Shown here piece after piece: positions 8,976-18,518 of a stretch of DNA of 64,000 nucleotides. The DNA comes from Sphaerobacteraceae bacterium (GTDB lineage Bacteria > Chloroflexota > Chloroflexia > Thermomicrobiales > UBA6265). Position 1 is the first letter of the stretch; each line of letters opens with the position of its first letter. A program made the translations under genes and the position numbers. The stretch covers positions 878 through 64,877 of the forward strand of contig JADDPH010000077.1 of the NCBI GenBank assembly GCA_016781925.1. The letters run 5' to 3'. The notes under the pieces are model-generated. The model saw nothing but the letters and a program-made list of their open reading frames with translations, was not told the origin of the DNA and did no database searches.

Positions 8976-9549
8976 TGCGCTCGTCGTTGGCGACCGCGTC
9001 TATTTGCGGCCACTGGAAACGAGCGATGCCGAGGGGTTGGCGCGAGACTTCTCCGAAGAGGCGGAGACGTTCATGTACCGCGGCCGGATCCCGGTCAGCC
9101 CGCTCGCGTTTGCCCATTGGATCGAAAAACAGCATACGAGCCACCCCCCGGCCGAGGTCAATCTCGCCGTCTGTCTGCGCGCTGGGGACGAGGCCGATCG
9201 GATGATCGGCCTCGTCAACGTCGACCACATCGACTGGCTGAATCGAACCAGCGAGACGGGCAGTATCCTCCTACCCGCTCGATTCCGGGGCCAGGGGTAC
9301 GGTACGGAAGCGAAGCACCTGCTGCTGGAGTACGCCTTCGATCGCCTCCACCTCCACGTGCTGCGCTCCCACGTCTGGGAGCCGAACGGCCGCTCCGCGG
9401 CAGCCTTGGTCAAGCAAGGCTATCGGCCGGCTGGCCGGCTCAAGTGGGACGATGTGAAGCACGGCATCTATCGGGACACCCTGGTTTTCGACGTGCTCCG
9501 GGAGGAGTGGCTCCAGGCCCGCGCCGCGTGGAAAGCCAGTCGGTTCTGA
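8968..9549 (+). CDS. GNAT-family N-acetyltransferase (paralog of the upstream gene)
   Basis: ATG 8968 overlaps the upstream stop (ATGCGTAA). DRVYLRPLETSDAEGL...FRGQGYGTEAKHLLLEYAFDRLHLHVLRSHVWEPNGRSAAALVKQGYR is the acetyl-CoA motif A. Confidence 0.85.
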   Translation: MRNALVVGDRVYLRPLETSDAEGLARDFSEEAETFMYRGRIPVSPLAFAHWIEKQHTSHPPAEVNLAVCLRAGDEADRMIGLVNVDHIDWLNRTSETGSILLPARFRGQGYGTEAKHLLLEYAFDRLHLHVLRSHVWEPNGRSAAALVKQGYRPAGRLKWDDVKHGIYRDTLVFDVLREEWLQARAAWKASRF

Positions 9550-9668
9550 CCCGCCGTGGCGCTGCATGAAGGTGATCCGCTTCACGCTCGCCTGGCCCGT
9601 CTCATCAAGCAAAGGCCAGAAGACCGCAAGCCGGGACTGGTGAGGATCGGAGCGAGGTTGACGCAACG

Positions 9669-10154
9669 ATGGAGGATTGGCGGCAAGATCGCATCGGCGC
9701 CGCTGAGCGGGGTGAGAACCCGACGGTGCTGGTCCAATTGACAAGCGGATTCGCCGTGATCGGCGATACGCAGTTTCTGCCGGGGTATTGCCTCCTACTG
9801 GCTTCACCTCGGGTCAACCACCTGACCGACCTACCCTTGAACCGTCGGTGCGCGTTCCTCAGAGAGATGAGCCTTCTTGGGGAGGCCATCGAAGCGGTCT
9901 GCCGACCCCGTGGACTGCAGCGGGTGAACTACGAGATCCTCGGCAACACGGATGCGTACCTCCAGGCCCACGTGTTCCCGCGTTACGATTGGGAGCCGGT
10001 CGAGTACGTGGGCACCACGGTGTTTCGCTATCCGCCCAACAAGTGGTCCGATGCCCGGTACCAGTTGTCGGAGGAGACCCACGGGCCGTTGCGAGCCGAA
10101 TTGACTGACGCACTGCGGCGGCTCGTTGGCGCTCAACGCGTGGAAGAGACTTAA
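9669..10154 (+). CDS. HIT-superfamily-like protein with degenerate histidine triad
   Basis: 161 aa. SGFAVIGDTQFLPGYCLLLASPRVNHLTDL...NTDAYLQAHVFPRY has a HIT fold pattern, but the HxHxH region reads LQAHVFP. Confidence 0.7.
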   Translation: MEDWRQDRIGAAERGENPTVLVQLTSGFAVIGDTQFLPGYCLLLASPRVNHLTDLPLNRRCAFLREMSLLGEAIEAVCRPRGLQRVNYEILGNTDAYLQAHVFPRYDWEPVEYVGTTVFRYPPNKWSDARYQLSEETHGPLRAELTDALRRLVGAQRVEET

Positions 10155-10218
10155 GGGTGACAGATCAGGGGTCATCGCGATTGCGACCCGGTCTGCTCGC
10201 CGGCGCCAGGATCGACCA

Positions 10219-10968
10219 TTAGGATGCTGGGACAGTCTCCAGGGCAATGTCTCCAGCGCCCCCCTCCACGTCAAGGCGGAGGGTGACAGGCGATGTTCCA
10301 TAGGCGTCATTGACGTAGACGCTGCCTTGCCGGTGAAGGCCGGACACGTTCACGTTCCCGCTGCCCGCATCTACCGAGACCTGGACGCCGATATTTTGGG
10401 GCAGTTTCACCGTGGTGGGTCCGGCTCCGCCCTCGATGCGACCGTTCACATCCCGCCCGCCGGCTTGGCCAAAGTCAATCGTCGTCGGGCCGGCGCCTGT
10501 CTCGACGGTGAACCCCGTCAGGTCCAGGTCACCGAGGTGGAGGGAGCCCGTTCCCGAACCCAACTCGACCTTCAGATCCATGGGTGTTTCACCGTTCAGG
10601 CGGACATCCCAGGAGTTCTCAACCTCGTCCATGTCCCAAGGAGCGACAAAGGAGGCTCGCTCGCCCTGCCGGAGGCGCAGCGTGCCTTCCCCATCATTCA
10701 CGATGTACCGCACGTTCGGACGCCAATCGCTCACGTTAAACGAAAAGTCGCCGTTCATCAGTGACGTTGATCCACCCCCAAGCCGGAGGTCGCCGTCATC
10801 CATCTCGACATCGACGCGAACCGAGGACGCATCCCTCAACGAGAGAATCCGGTTTTGGAACTGCAGATTGCTCACCGCCGCGACGCCGCCGCTCAGCGCA
10901 AGAGTCCCAGCCAGCGCCACCATTACCGCGCCAACCCCGATCGCTACCTTAAATCTGATCCGCATCAC
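10219..10968 (-). CDS. DUF4097/toast-rack (LiaG-like) protein with N-terminal membrane anchor
   Basis: 249 aa. N-terminal TM VAIGVGAVMVALAGTLAL, then repetitive beta-strand units (GSGTGSLHLGDLDLTG, GAGPTTIDFG, GAGPTTVKLP, GSGNVNVSG, GGAGDIAL). Confidence 0.75.
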   Translation of the reverse strand: MMRIRFKVAIGVGAVMVALAGTLALSGGVAAVSNLQFQNRILSLRDASSVRVDVEMDDGDLRLGGGSTSLMNGDFSFNVSDWRPNVRYIVNDGEGTLRLRQGERASFVAPWDMDEVENSWDVRLNGETPMDLKVELGSGTGSLHLGDLDLTGFTVETGAGPTTIDFGQAGGRDVNGRIEGGAGPTTVKLPQNIGVQVSVDAGSGNVNVSGLHRQGSVYVNDAYGTSPVTLRLDVEGGAGDIALETVPAS

Positions 10969-11302
10969 CCGCTCCGTGGGCCGTGGCGCCGTTCATGTCT
11001 GCCCTGCATGTCGTCATGATAGAGGACCGATGTCACCAGAGAGCCGCGAGAACGTCACAAAATCGTCACAATTTGTCGCTCCCACCGAGGGCGTTTTGTT
11101 CGCTAGAAGTGGAGCGCCTCGACGACCAGTCGTGTCCAGACGCCTATAGGCTGACATTCAGGGAGATGGGCGTTCGGTCCGCTGTGAGGGGATTGGCAGA
11201 CGGTCGCTAATCTGTCTCCCACCGTGGCCCGTTGGTATACGCCTTGCGGTCCTGAACGAGGGATCGCAGCGACAACGCTGCCTTGTAATCAGGAAAGGGA
11301 AG

Positions 11303-11920
11303 GTGACCGTGGACAATTCGACCGCGATTGACGAGAAGGGTCAGAAGACAATCGCCGACTATGTCGGCGACATGGTTGCCCTCGAGAGCCATATTGAGGA
11401 GGCCCTCGATCGGCAACTCACGGAGACGAAGGAGGACCCGCAGGCCAACGCGGCCGTGCAGCGGTTCCATGACATGGTCAAGAGCAATCGCGACGCGCTC
11501 AAACAGCACCAGGAGGAGGTCGGCAGCACGGCCGGCAACCCGATCATTGCGGCCGGAGCCTCACTGCTCGGCGTGGCAGCAGGCGTGATCGACAAGATTC
11601 GGACTGAGGGTATTTCCAAGGCCCTCCGGGACGATTACACGGCCTTCAACCACGCCTGCATCGGCTACACCATGCTTCACGTGACCGCTCTCGCCCTCGG
11701 CGACCAACGGACGGCAGATCTGGCCGCGCGGGGCCTCACGGGTCACGCCAGCGCAGTCCAGGAGATCAATCACATCATGGCGGATGTGGTGATGCGGGAA
11801 CTGGAGAAGGACGGCCACACAGTGGCGAACCCGGCTGCCGCCTCACAGAACCGCGAGGCAGTCGACCGGATCTGGAAGCAGACCGATAAGAGCGGGATGA
11901 CGCAGCAACTCAGCAGCTAA
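11303..11920 (+). CDS. helical-bundle (ferritin-like/DUF892-type) stress protein, tentative
   Basis: 205 aa with GTG start. IADYVGDMVALESHIEEALDRQL...RFHDMVKSNRDALKQH is an amphipathic helix pattern. Followed by a strong terminator. Confidence 0.65.
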   Translation: MTVDNSTAIDEKGQKTIADYVGDMVALESHIEEALDRQLTETKEDPQANAAVQRFHDMVKSNRDALKQHQEEVGSTAGNPIIAAGASLLGVAAGVIDKIRTEGISKALRDDYTAFNHACIGYTMLHVTALALGDQRTADLAARGLTGHASAVQEINHIMADVVMRELEKDGHTVANPAAASQNREAVDRIWKQTDKSGMTQQLSS

Positions 11921-11940
11921 TCCGGCGGCAACCGGTGTAC

Positions 11941-11985
11941 AGAACAAGGAGAGGCTGGCCGGGTGGGCCAGCCTCTCCTTGTTCT
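11941..11985. terminator. bidirectional hairpin terminator between convergent genes
   Basis: Perfect 20-bp stem AGAACAAGGAGAGGCTGGCC / GGCCAGCCTCTCCTTGTTCT with a 5-nt loop. Confidence 0.7.
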
Positions 11986-12059
11986 GACGGATGCGCCACG
12001 AAAGGTGGCCTGTTTGTGGTTGGAGGAACGTCCGCCCGGCCGTCCCTCCAGTGAATGCT

Positions 12060-13136
12060 CTACCAGTGAATCTCCACCCGGGTGCCGAGGCGAGCAAAAG
12101 TGAACAGTTGATCCGCCGCCCACGGCTCAAGAGCAATACAACCGCCAGTGGGGTTCGCCCCCATCGGCAGCACCGACCCCTGCCAGTCCAGCGAGTAGGT
12201 ATGGAAGCCGTTGGCGCGGTAGGGATCGAACGCGACAAAGTCACGAATGAAGACCTGACCCCAGTCTGTCCAGGTCAGCCCCGCTTCCTTGGCATAGACG
12301 TAGTAGGTGCCGTTGGCGGTGGCGAAGAACCCGTCGTCTGATTGGTCCCAGCCCATCGCTCCCCAATAGCTGGCAACGGCCCAGTCCCCCTCGTAGAGGG
12401 TGACCATCCCTGAGCTGCGGTCAACGTCAATCCACCGCTCGGGACCTGGTGGTCCGTCGAAGCTGAGATAGCCGGCCCAAACCCAATCCCGGCCACCCCA
12501 ATGGTCAATCGGCAGGTAGCCGTCGACGGCCCTGCCGGTGACGGTGACCTCGTCGCCCCAATAGAGCCAGTCGCGGACACCGGAATTGAGGTCCGGCAAG
12601 GCCCGCACATTCAGTTGATCGGTGTCGACCCAGGCGACATAGGGCTCCACCCAGCCCCCGAGCGGACCGTCGCTCCAACCGTTCGCTCCGTCGATCTCCA
12701 GGTAGGCGCCGTACACGTAGCCATGCTGGTCACCGAACTGGATCTCGTACCACCCGTCATCGGATGGTCCCCAATAGATGTCGACCCGATACCCCCACGC
12801 CAACTGGGAAATCACGGGTGCCCACAGCCCGGGTGCTGCCCGTAGGCTGAGGACATCGGTCGCTACAGTTGCCGCGGTTCCAGCCGCCACGTTTGCCGGC
12901 TGGCCGAACAGCATGGACCACGCAAGGACTGCCGCGACGAGCGCGACACCGACTCCCCCACCGACTCGCCACAACCTCTGCCGGACGCGGGCCAGCCACC
13001 CACATCCTCCCCCTATGGATCCCAGCATCCCGACCAGTCCCTCCCACGTCGCGGGGCGAAGCGGGCTCTGCGAGGCTGCGGCGGCCACCCCCATGACCGC
13101 CAGCGGGATAATCTCACTGTACCTTATGCTGCGCAT
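12060..13136 (-). CDS. L,D-transpeptidase (YkuD domain) with two SH3b-like domains
   Basis: The C-terminus FHTYSLDWQGSVLPMGANPTGGCIALEPWAADQLF is the YkuD His...Gly-Cys catalytic motif. SH3b-like LSLRAAPGLWAPVISQLAWGYRVDIYW and LNVRALPDLNSGVRDWLYWGDEVTV. One TM. The start is uncertain; the ORF is open to 13259 through an AT-rich stretch. Confidence 0.8.
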   Translation of the reverse strand: MRSIRYSEIIPLAVMGVAAAASQSPLRPATWEGLVGMLGSIGGGCGWLARVRQRLWRVGGGVGVALVAAVLAWSMLFGQPANVAAGTAATVATDVLSLRAAPGLWAPVISQLAWGYRVDIYWGPSDDGWYEIQFGDQHGYVYGAYLEIDGANGWSDGPLGGWVEPYVAWVDTDQLNVRALPDLNSGVRDWLYWGDEVTVTGRAVDGYLPIDHWGGRDWVWAGYLSFDGPPGPERWIDVDRSSGMVTLYEGDWAVASYWGAMGWDQSDDGFFATANGTYYVYAKEAGLTWTDWGQVFIRDFVAFDPYRANGFHTYSLDWQGSVLPMGANPTGGCIALEPWAADQLFTFARLGTRVEIHW

Positions 13137-13619
13137 CTCTAAAAGGTCGTTGATCATTAAGATGATCATCCATTTGGGCCATGCATTTGACAGGTTGACA
13201 ATGAATACACGGCAACAACAACGGTTGGTGTTTGACCAGCGGTCACCACGTAAGTGCAAGCTGGGCGCGGCAGGAGAGTGAGAAGAGGCGATAGTGTGTC
13301 AATCCCGTCAGAACGGGGCAGGCGGTCATCGTTCGCCGTCATGCAGCAGCGTAGGAATCGCGGTGTCCTGGCGTCACGAGCGGGTTGGTAGGATGCTGGG
13401 GTTGGGTTGATCGGTAAAGTGGCTTCGGCGACGAAGAAAACTCTGGGGCTGGCTTCTCAATCCAATCCAGACCCGCGGTCGAGAGGCGGGAGTCCGCGAT
13501 AGGGGAAGGGATCTGGACCTCATTTGGTCCCGAGCGTATCCTCCTCCGATCCGGTCCCTCCGATGCTCGATCACTCGGGTACGCCATGGATGACAGAATG
13601 ATGCCGGGAGGTCGCGAGG

Positions 13620-14765
13620 ATGACAGGCTGGGCGCCATCGACAGGCAACATGACGGATGACGGGTGGTCCGGCGCCCCTCGCTTCCCACTGCCTCGGCTG
13701 ACCGAGTTCGCCGCTGCCCTTCTTGTTGGGATGGGAGTTCCCGCTGAGGATGCGGGGCCAGCGGCCGACTTGTTGCTGCTGGCCGACCTGCGGGGCGTTG
13801 ATTCCCACGGCGTCGCGCGCCTGCCGTTCTACGCCGCCCGCTTTCGACGGGGACTGATCCGCGCCGACGCCGAGCTACGCGTGCTCCGGGAGGGGCCCGT
13901 AACGCTCGCCTTTGACGCTGGGGATGGCTTTGGGCTGACGCAGGCCCCTCGCGCGATGGAGCGGTGCATCGCCAAGGCGGAGGAAACGGGGCTCTGCCTG
14001 GCAACCGTGGGGCACAGTAACCACTTCGGCATCGCCGGCGCCTACGCGCTGATGGCCGCTCGCCATGGGCTCGGCGGGATGGCAATGACCAATGCCTCGA
14101 CCCTTGTTGTGCCGACCTTTGGTGCCCAGCCGATGCTCGGAACCAACCCGATTGCCGTTGCCGTGCCGACATCCCCGGATGGAGCTACGCCGCCGTTGGT
14201 GCTTGACATGTCCACCAGCGCGGTTGCCTGGGGCAAGATCGAGGTCGCACGACGGGCAGGATCGCAGATTCCCCTCGGCTGGGCGGTGGACGAGGCGGGC
14301 GTCCCAACGACTGACCCATTCGCCGCCCGCTGGCTGACTCCTTTAGGTGGGCCGCGGGAAACGAGCGGACACAAGGGGTACGGCCTCGGCCTTATCGTCG
14401 ATCTCCTGTGCGGCCCGCTCGCCGGCGCCGCCTGGGGCGCTCACGTGCTGGGCTCCCGCGGCCCGAACCGACCGGCCAACGTCGGACACGCCTTCATGGC
14501 ATGGCGGATCGACGCCTTCCGCGATCTGGACGAGTTCTTCGCCGACCTTGGGGCGATGCTGGCGGAACTGCGCGCCACCCCGCCTGCACCGGGGCATGAG
14601 GCGACGGGTGTCCTGGTACCGGGTGACCCCGAGGCCCGGGCCGAAGCAGTGAACCGCCGGCTCGGTGTTCCCGTCCGTCCGCCCGTCGTCGAGGAGCTAC
14701 GCACCCTGGCGAGCGAGCTCGGCGTGCCGTTTGATCTGGACGCCGATCCTATCGGTATCTCGTGA
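13620..14765 (+). CDS. Ldh_2 family (malate/L-lactate/ureidoglycolate dehydrogenase-type) oxidoreductase
   Basis: LADLRGVDSHGVARLPFY...GHSNHFGIAGAYALMA...MTNASTLVVPTFGAQPMLGTNPIAVAVP are family hallmarks. Confidence 0.9.
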   Translation: MTGWAPSTGNMTDDGWSGAPRFPLPRLTEFAAALLVGMGVPAEDAGPAADLLLLADLRGVDSHGVARLPFYAARFRRGLIRADAELRVLREGPVTLAFDAGDGFGLTQAPRAMERCIAKAEETGLCLATVGHSNHFGIAGAYALMAARHGLGGMAMTNASTLVVPTFGAQPMLGTNPIAVAVPTSPDGATPPLVLDMSTSAVAWGKIEVARRAGSQIPLGWAVDEAGVPTTDPFAARWLTPLGGPRETSGHKGYGLGLIVDLLCGPLAGAAWGAHVLGSRGPNRPANVGHAFMAWRIDAFRDLDEFFADLGAMLAELRATPPAPGHEATGVLVPGDPEARAEAVNRRLGVPVRPPVVEELRTLASELGVPFDLDADPIGIS

Positions 14766-14897
14766 TGCCAACCTGTACCGGGATGGCCTGGGCCGCTACT
14801 GCGGTGCCTGCCGCCGGCCCGGGTCACCAGGATTGGGGCGAGATGAATCTGCCGTTTGTGCTGATCCTGACCGTGCATGCGCGGGAGGGGAACGACC

Positions 14898-16088
14898 CTA
14901 CAGCTGCCAGGAGCGCTGGTGGAAGGCGACGGCCTCATTGAGCGCGCGTTTGGCGTCGAGACCGAGGGTTCGGGTGGTCGGCATCTGCTCAGAGCGGGGC
15001 TGGTAGGGATCAGGGATGGGCGTCACGCCCTCAACGGGACCGACAAGCGCTTCGGCGATCGAGGCGGAACAGTAGGGCGCGTATTGCGGCGCGTAACCGC
15101 CCTCCTGCGTGATCACCAGCCGACCGTCGCAGGTTGCGGCCGCCACCTCCATCATCAGTCTCGTCATCTCGCCGTACGCCCCGGCCGTGAGGCACATCCG
15201 TCCCAGTGGATCCAGAACGCTGGCGTCTTGCCCGGCGGAGACAAGGATCAGGTCCGGCGCGAAGCGTCCTACCACGGGCAGCACAACCCGCTCGAACGCC
15301 TCCCGGTACCCGCGGTTCCCAGTCCCGGCCGGGAGTGGCACGTTGACAGTGAACCCCTCCCCGGCGCCAGTCCCGGCCTGGTCAATCGTGCCCCAGCCAA
15401 CGGGGTAGAGATCCTCCTGATGGAGGGAGATGAAGAGAACCGTGGGGTCGTCATAGAAGGCGTCCTGGGTCCCATTGCCATGGTGGACATCCCAGTCCAG
15501 CACCAACACCTTCTCGGCGCCGTGCGCGCGCTGCGCGTGCCGTGCGGCCACCACCACGTTGTTGAAGAGACAGAATCCCATCCCACGGTCCGCCATGGCA
15601 TGGTGGCCGGGCGGGCGGATTAGTGCGTAGGCGGCGCGTACCCGATCCTGCATCACGGCGTCCACCCCGGCCAGTGCGGCCCCGGCTGCGAGCCGTGCCA
15701 CCCGATCCCCGCCCGGTCCAAGGGGAGCGCCTTCACCGGCGTCACCCCCCGCCTTGGCGAGCTCGGCGACCCGCGCCAGATAGTCCGGCGTGTGGTACGC
15801 GAGCAGAGCCTGGTCATCCACCGGAACAGCATGCAGCCGCACCATCTGATCCGTCAGCCCCGCGAGGTCCATGAGATGCTTTGCCCGGCCCACCAGGCCC
15901 GGGGACGAGACGTGGGGGACGGGATCGGCAAAGGGGTAGAGCTCGCGATCCTGGATCAGCCAGAGGCCCGTATTGTGGGTCAGGAAACGGTCGTCGAACA
16001 CAAGCCCCACTCGATGATCCGTCTGTGCGCCGTTCGATCCGACCGCCACGCTGGCCTCCTCGGTGTGGTCCGGCCTGAATTCGCCCAT
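14898..16088 (-). CDS. histone-deacetylase-family amidohydrolase (AcuC/acetylpolyamine type)
   Basis: RPPGHHAMADRGMGFCLFNNVVVAA...VLVLDWDVHHGNGTQDAFYDDPTVLFISLHQ. Confidence 0.9.
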   Translation of the reverse strand: MGEFRPDHTEEASVAVGSNGAQTDHRVGLVFDDRFLTHNTGLWLIQDRELYPFADPVPHVSSPGLVGRAKHLMDLAGLTDQMVRLHAVPVDDQALLAYHTPDYLARVAELAKAGGDAGEGAPLGPGGDRVARLAAGAALAGVDAVMQDRVRAAYALIRPPGHHAMADRGMGFCLFNNVVVAARHAQRAHGAEKVLVLDWDVHHGNGTQDAFYDDPTVLFISLHQEDLYPVGWGTIDQAGTGAGEGFTVNVPLPAGTGNRGYREAFERVVLPVVGRFAPDLILVSAGQDASVLDPLGRMCLTAGAYGEMTRLMMEVAAATCDGRLVITQEGGYAPQYAPYCSASIAEALVGPVEGVTPIPDPYQPRSEQMPTTRTLGLDAKRALNEAVAFHQRSWQL

Positions 16089-16636
16089 GGGTCTCCTCCG
16101 TCGCGCGGCACGGCCGCTCTCCCCTGAATCGCTGGCATTGGGCTAACGCCTTTGAGGCTAGCAGACGTTGAAGAAGGGCGTCGAGGGACGTGATGAAAGC
16201 ATGGGTGCCTGGCGCTCGCCCCTTACCCAGCCGCGGCTTGGGCGCACATCCCCCCGAGCTTCCAACCACTATCGGATCGTGGCGAGCAAGCACACCGGCA
16301 GGGTTGTCTCAAGTCAACGTGCTGCCACACCTTCGTGGGAGGGGAAACGGACCGTTGACTCGCCTGGCGGTAGGTCAGGTTCTACAGGACTCCGTCTGGC
16401 CCCGCCCGGAGCGCCGCTCGGGCCAAGAGAAGATCGGCCCTGATAGCGTCATTGATGCCCAATCGAGCCTCCTCAGACCATCCGGCGAAGGCGATCCCGG
16501 CCTTCGATGATGATTCTCTGTTACTCTTTGATTCGACGCTTCCCGTCGCCTTTTTTCCATTCACCACCTGGTTGAGCACCACCTGCGCACGCTTTTGTGC
16601 GACCGGACGGTTGCCCGAGGAGATGAGGATCCGCAC

Positions 16637-17254
16637 ATGGCCAGACCTGTTAGCCAGACCGACCGGAGGATCATTCGGCTCCTCCAGCGCAATGCACGGG
16701 CGTCGTACGCCGAATTGAGTCGTGAAACCGGCATCCCAGAGTCGACGGTGCGCCGCCGCATGGACCGGCTCATGCGCCTGGGCGTGATCGAATTCGCGAT
16801 GCTGGCCGAGCCATCCAAGCTGGGGTACGAACTGCGCGCGATGATCGGCCTGAAGGTGGAGCTGCGCCGCCTCGAGGAGATCGCCGAGACGCTGCGGGGC
16901 ATGAACGAGGTGACCTTTGCCGCGTTTTTGACTGGCAACTTCGATGTCATGATTCAGGTCGTGGTGCGCTCCCAGGAAGCGCTGGTGGAATTTCTCACCC
17001 AGCGCCTCGCCCCGATTGAAGGCGTGCGATCGACCGAGACCTTCGTGATGCCCTACATCATCAAGCGGACGACGTCATGGGTGTTGCCGGACATCGAGAC
17101 CGATGCACCGGCCAGTGATGGGGCCGATGGTGATGATCTGGCCGCCGATTCCGATGATCTCCCAGCGCCGGTCGAAGCCGTCGCCGTGCCCAGCCCGAGA
17201 CCACGTCGTGGGCGCCCGCGACGAACGGTGGAGTCAGAAACCGCCGCCCGCTAG
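16637..17254 (+). CDS. Lrp/AsnC-family transcriptional regulator with acidic linker and basic RGRP tail
   Basis: ATG 16637 follows GAGGAG. DRRIIRLLQRNARASYAELSRETGIPESTVRRRMDRLMRLGVI is the HTH, followed by a RAM domain. C-terminal ...DGADGDDLAADSDDL...PRPRRGRPRRT. Confidence 0.9.
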   Translation: MARPVSQTDRRIIRLLQRNARASYAELSRETGIPESTVRRRMDRLMRLGVIEFAMLAEPSKLGYELRAMIGLKVELRRLEEIAETLRGMNEVTFAAFLTGNFDVMIQVVVRSQEALVEFLTQRLAPIEGVRSTETFVMPYIIKRTTSWVLPDIETDAPASDGADGDDLAADSDDLPAPVEAVAVPSPRPRRGRPRRTVESETAAR

Positions 17255-17561
17255 GACGACAACGACAGGGACGAACACGTGTGGCCGTTCCCGTGCCCAC
17301 GACACGCAGGAGTCGCTGCCAGAGACCGGCGTGTTACCGGCGCTGGATCCGCGGGAGAGGCGGCCTGCGAGGGGTCGATGCGGGCGGGAAGATTGCGCCC
17401 CGCCCCGCAGCCCGAACGCTTGTCCAGGTCACCGAGCCCGCATTACCCAAGGCAGGGAGAATTAGGGGCGTTCTCCGGTGGGCAGCTCAGCTCCAGCAGA
17501 GCACCAGGATGCCCGACGGAGTGGGGGCCATAGCGTCAGATCGAGAGCCTGAGGAGCGGAC

Positions 17562-18500
17562 ATGGCGACGCACCACTTTGAGCCGACCTGCTACCACAAT
17601 GTCATCGGGTCCCAGGAGCCGGTGCTACGGGTCGCGGACGGGGACTCCGTGGTGACGACCACCCTCGACGCGGGCGGCTCGGACGGCCGAGGCGAGCGGC
17701 TCGCCCTGGCAGGCAACCCGATGACCGGTCCGTTCTACGTCGAGGGCGCCGAACCGGGTGACACTCTTGCCGTCACGATCGACCGCCTGACGCCGAACCG
17801 GGACACGGGGTTTACCCGCTCGGTTGTCGCATCGAACGTCGTCGATCCGGAGTTTGTGCACGACCTACCCCCGAGCGAGCGGGTTATCTGGGCCATCGAC
17901 CGCGTGGCTGGCACCGTCGCGCTCGCGGAACCGCCGGAACCGCTGCGCGACCTGGTGTTGCCGATCGCACCCATGATCGGCTGCTTCGGTGTCGCCCCGC
18001 CGGGTGGCCAGGCGATCTCGACCGCGACGAGCGGTGAGCACGGCGGCAACATGGACTACCGAGGCTTCGGTCCCGGCGTGACCGCCTTCTTTCCCGTCTT
18101 CGTGCCGGGGGCGCTCTTTCACCTTGGAGATGGGCACGCGCTGCAGGGCGACGGTGAGATCGTCGGCACGGGCGTAGAAACCTCGTTCGAGATGCAGTTC
18201 ACGGTGCGGGTCCAGAAAGGACGGTCCATCCGTTGGCCCCGGGGCGAGAACGCCCAGGACATCTTTACCGTCGGCAACGCCCGACCACTTGACCAGGCCG
18301 TCCAGCACGCGACGACGGAGATGCTGCGCTGGCTGGCCGAAGAGTATGGCCTGGACACCACCGCGGCGAGCCACCTCCTCGGCCAGGCTGTCCGCTACGA
18401 CCTCGGCAATGTGTTCGACCCGGCCTACACTATGGTCTGCCGCGTCGCGAAGCGCTGGTTAGTCTCATCCTCGCGGGGCACCGACCACACCTTGTGCTAA
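17562..18500 (+). CDS. acetamidase/formamidase-family protein
   Basis: 312 aa. NPMTGPFYVEGAEPGDTLAVTIDRL...GGNMDYRGF...LFHLGDGHALQGDGEI is an FmdA/AmdA pattern. Confidence 0.9.
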   Translation: MATHHFEPTCYHNVIGSQEPVLRVADGDSVVTTTLDAGGSDGRGERLALAGNPMTGPFYVEGAEPGDTLAVTIDRLTPNRDTGFTRSVVASNVVDPEFVHDLPPSERVIWAIDRVAGTVALAEPPEPLRDLVLPIAPMIGCFGVAPPGGQAISTATSGEHGGNMDYRGFGPGVTAFFPVFVPGALFHLGDGHALQGDGEIVGTGVETSFEMQFTVRVQKGRSIRWPRGENAQDIFTVGNARPLDQAVQHATTEMLRWLAEEYGLDTTAASHLLGQAVRYDLGNVFDPAYTMVCRVAKRWLVSSSRGTDHTLC

Positions 18501-18518
18501 TCGTCCCCAGTCCGATCT

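Noticed and set aside
13151-13168. Two TGATCA palindromes 12 bp apart upstream of the L,D-transpeptidase gene
   Set aside because: It could be an operator, but with a single occurrence, no known matching regulator motif and an unresolved start codon, it is not enough for a call.
16382-16636. 84-aa minus-strand ORF in the HDAC/Lrp divergent region
   Set aside because: Its start would abut the Lrp ATG base-to-base with no room for either promoter, it has no SD, and I recognise no motif. The region is better explained as a shared AT-richer promoter region.
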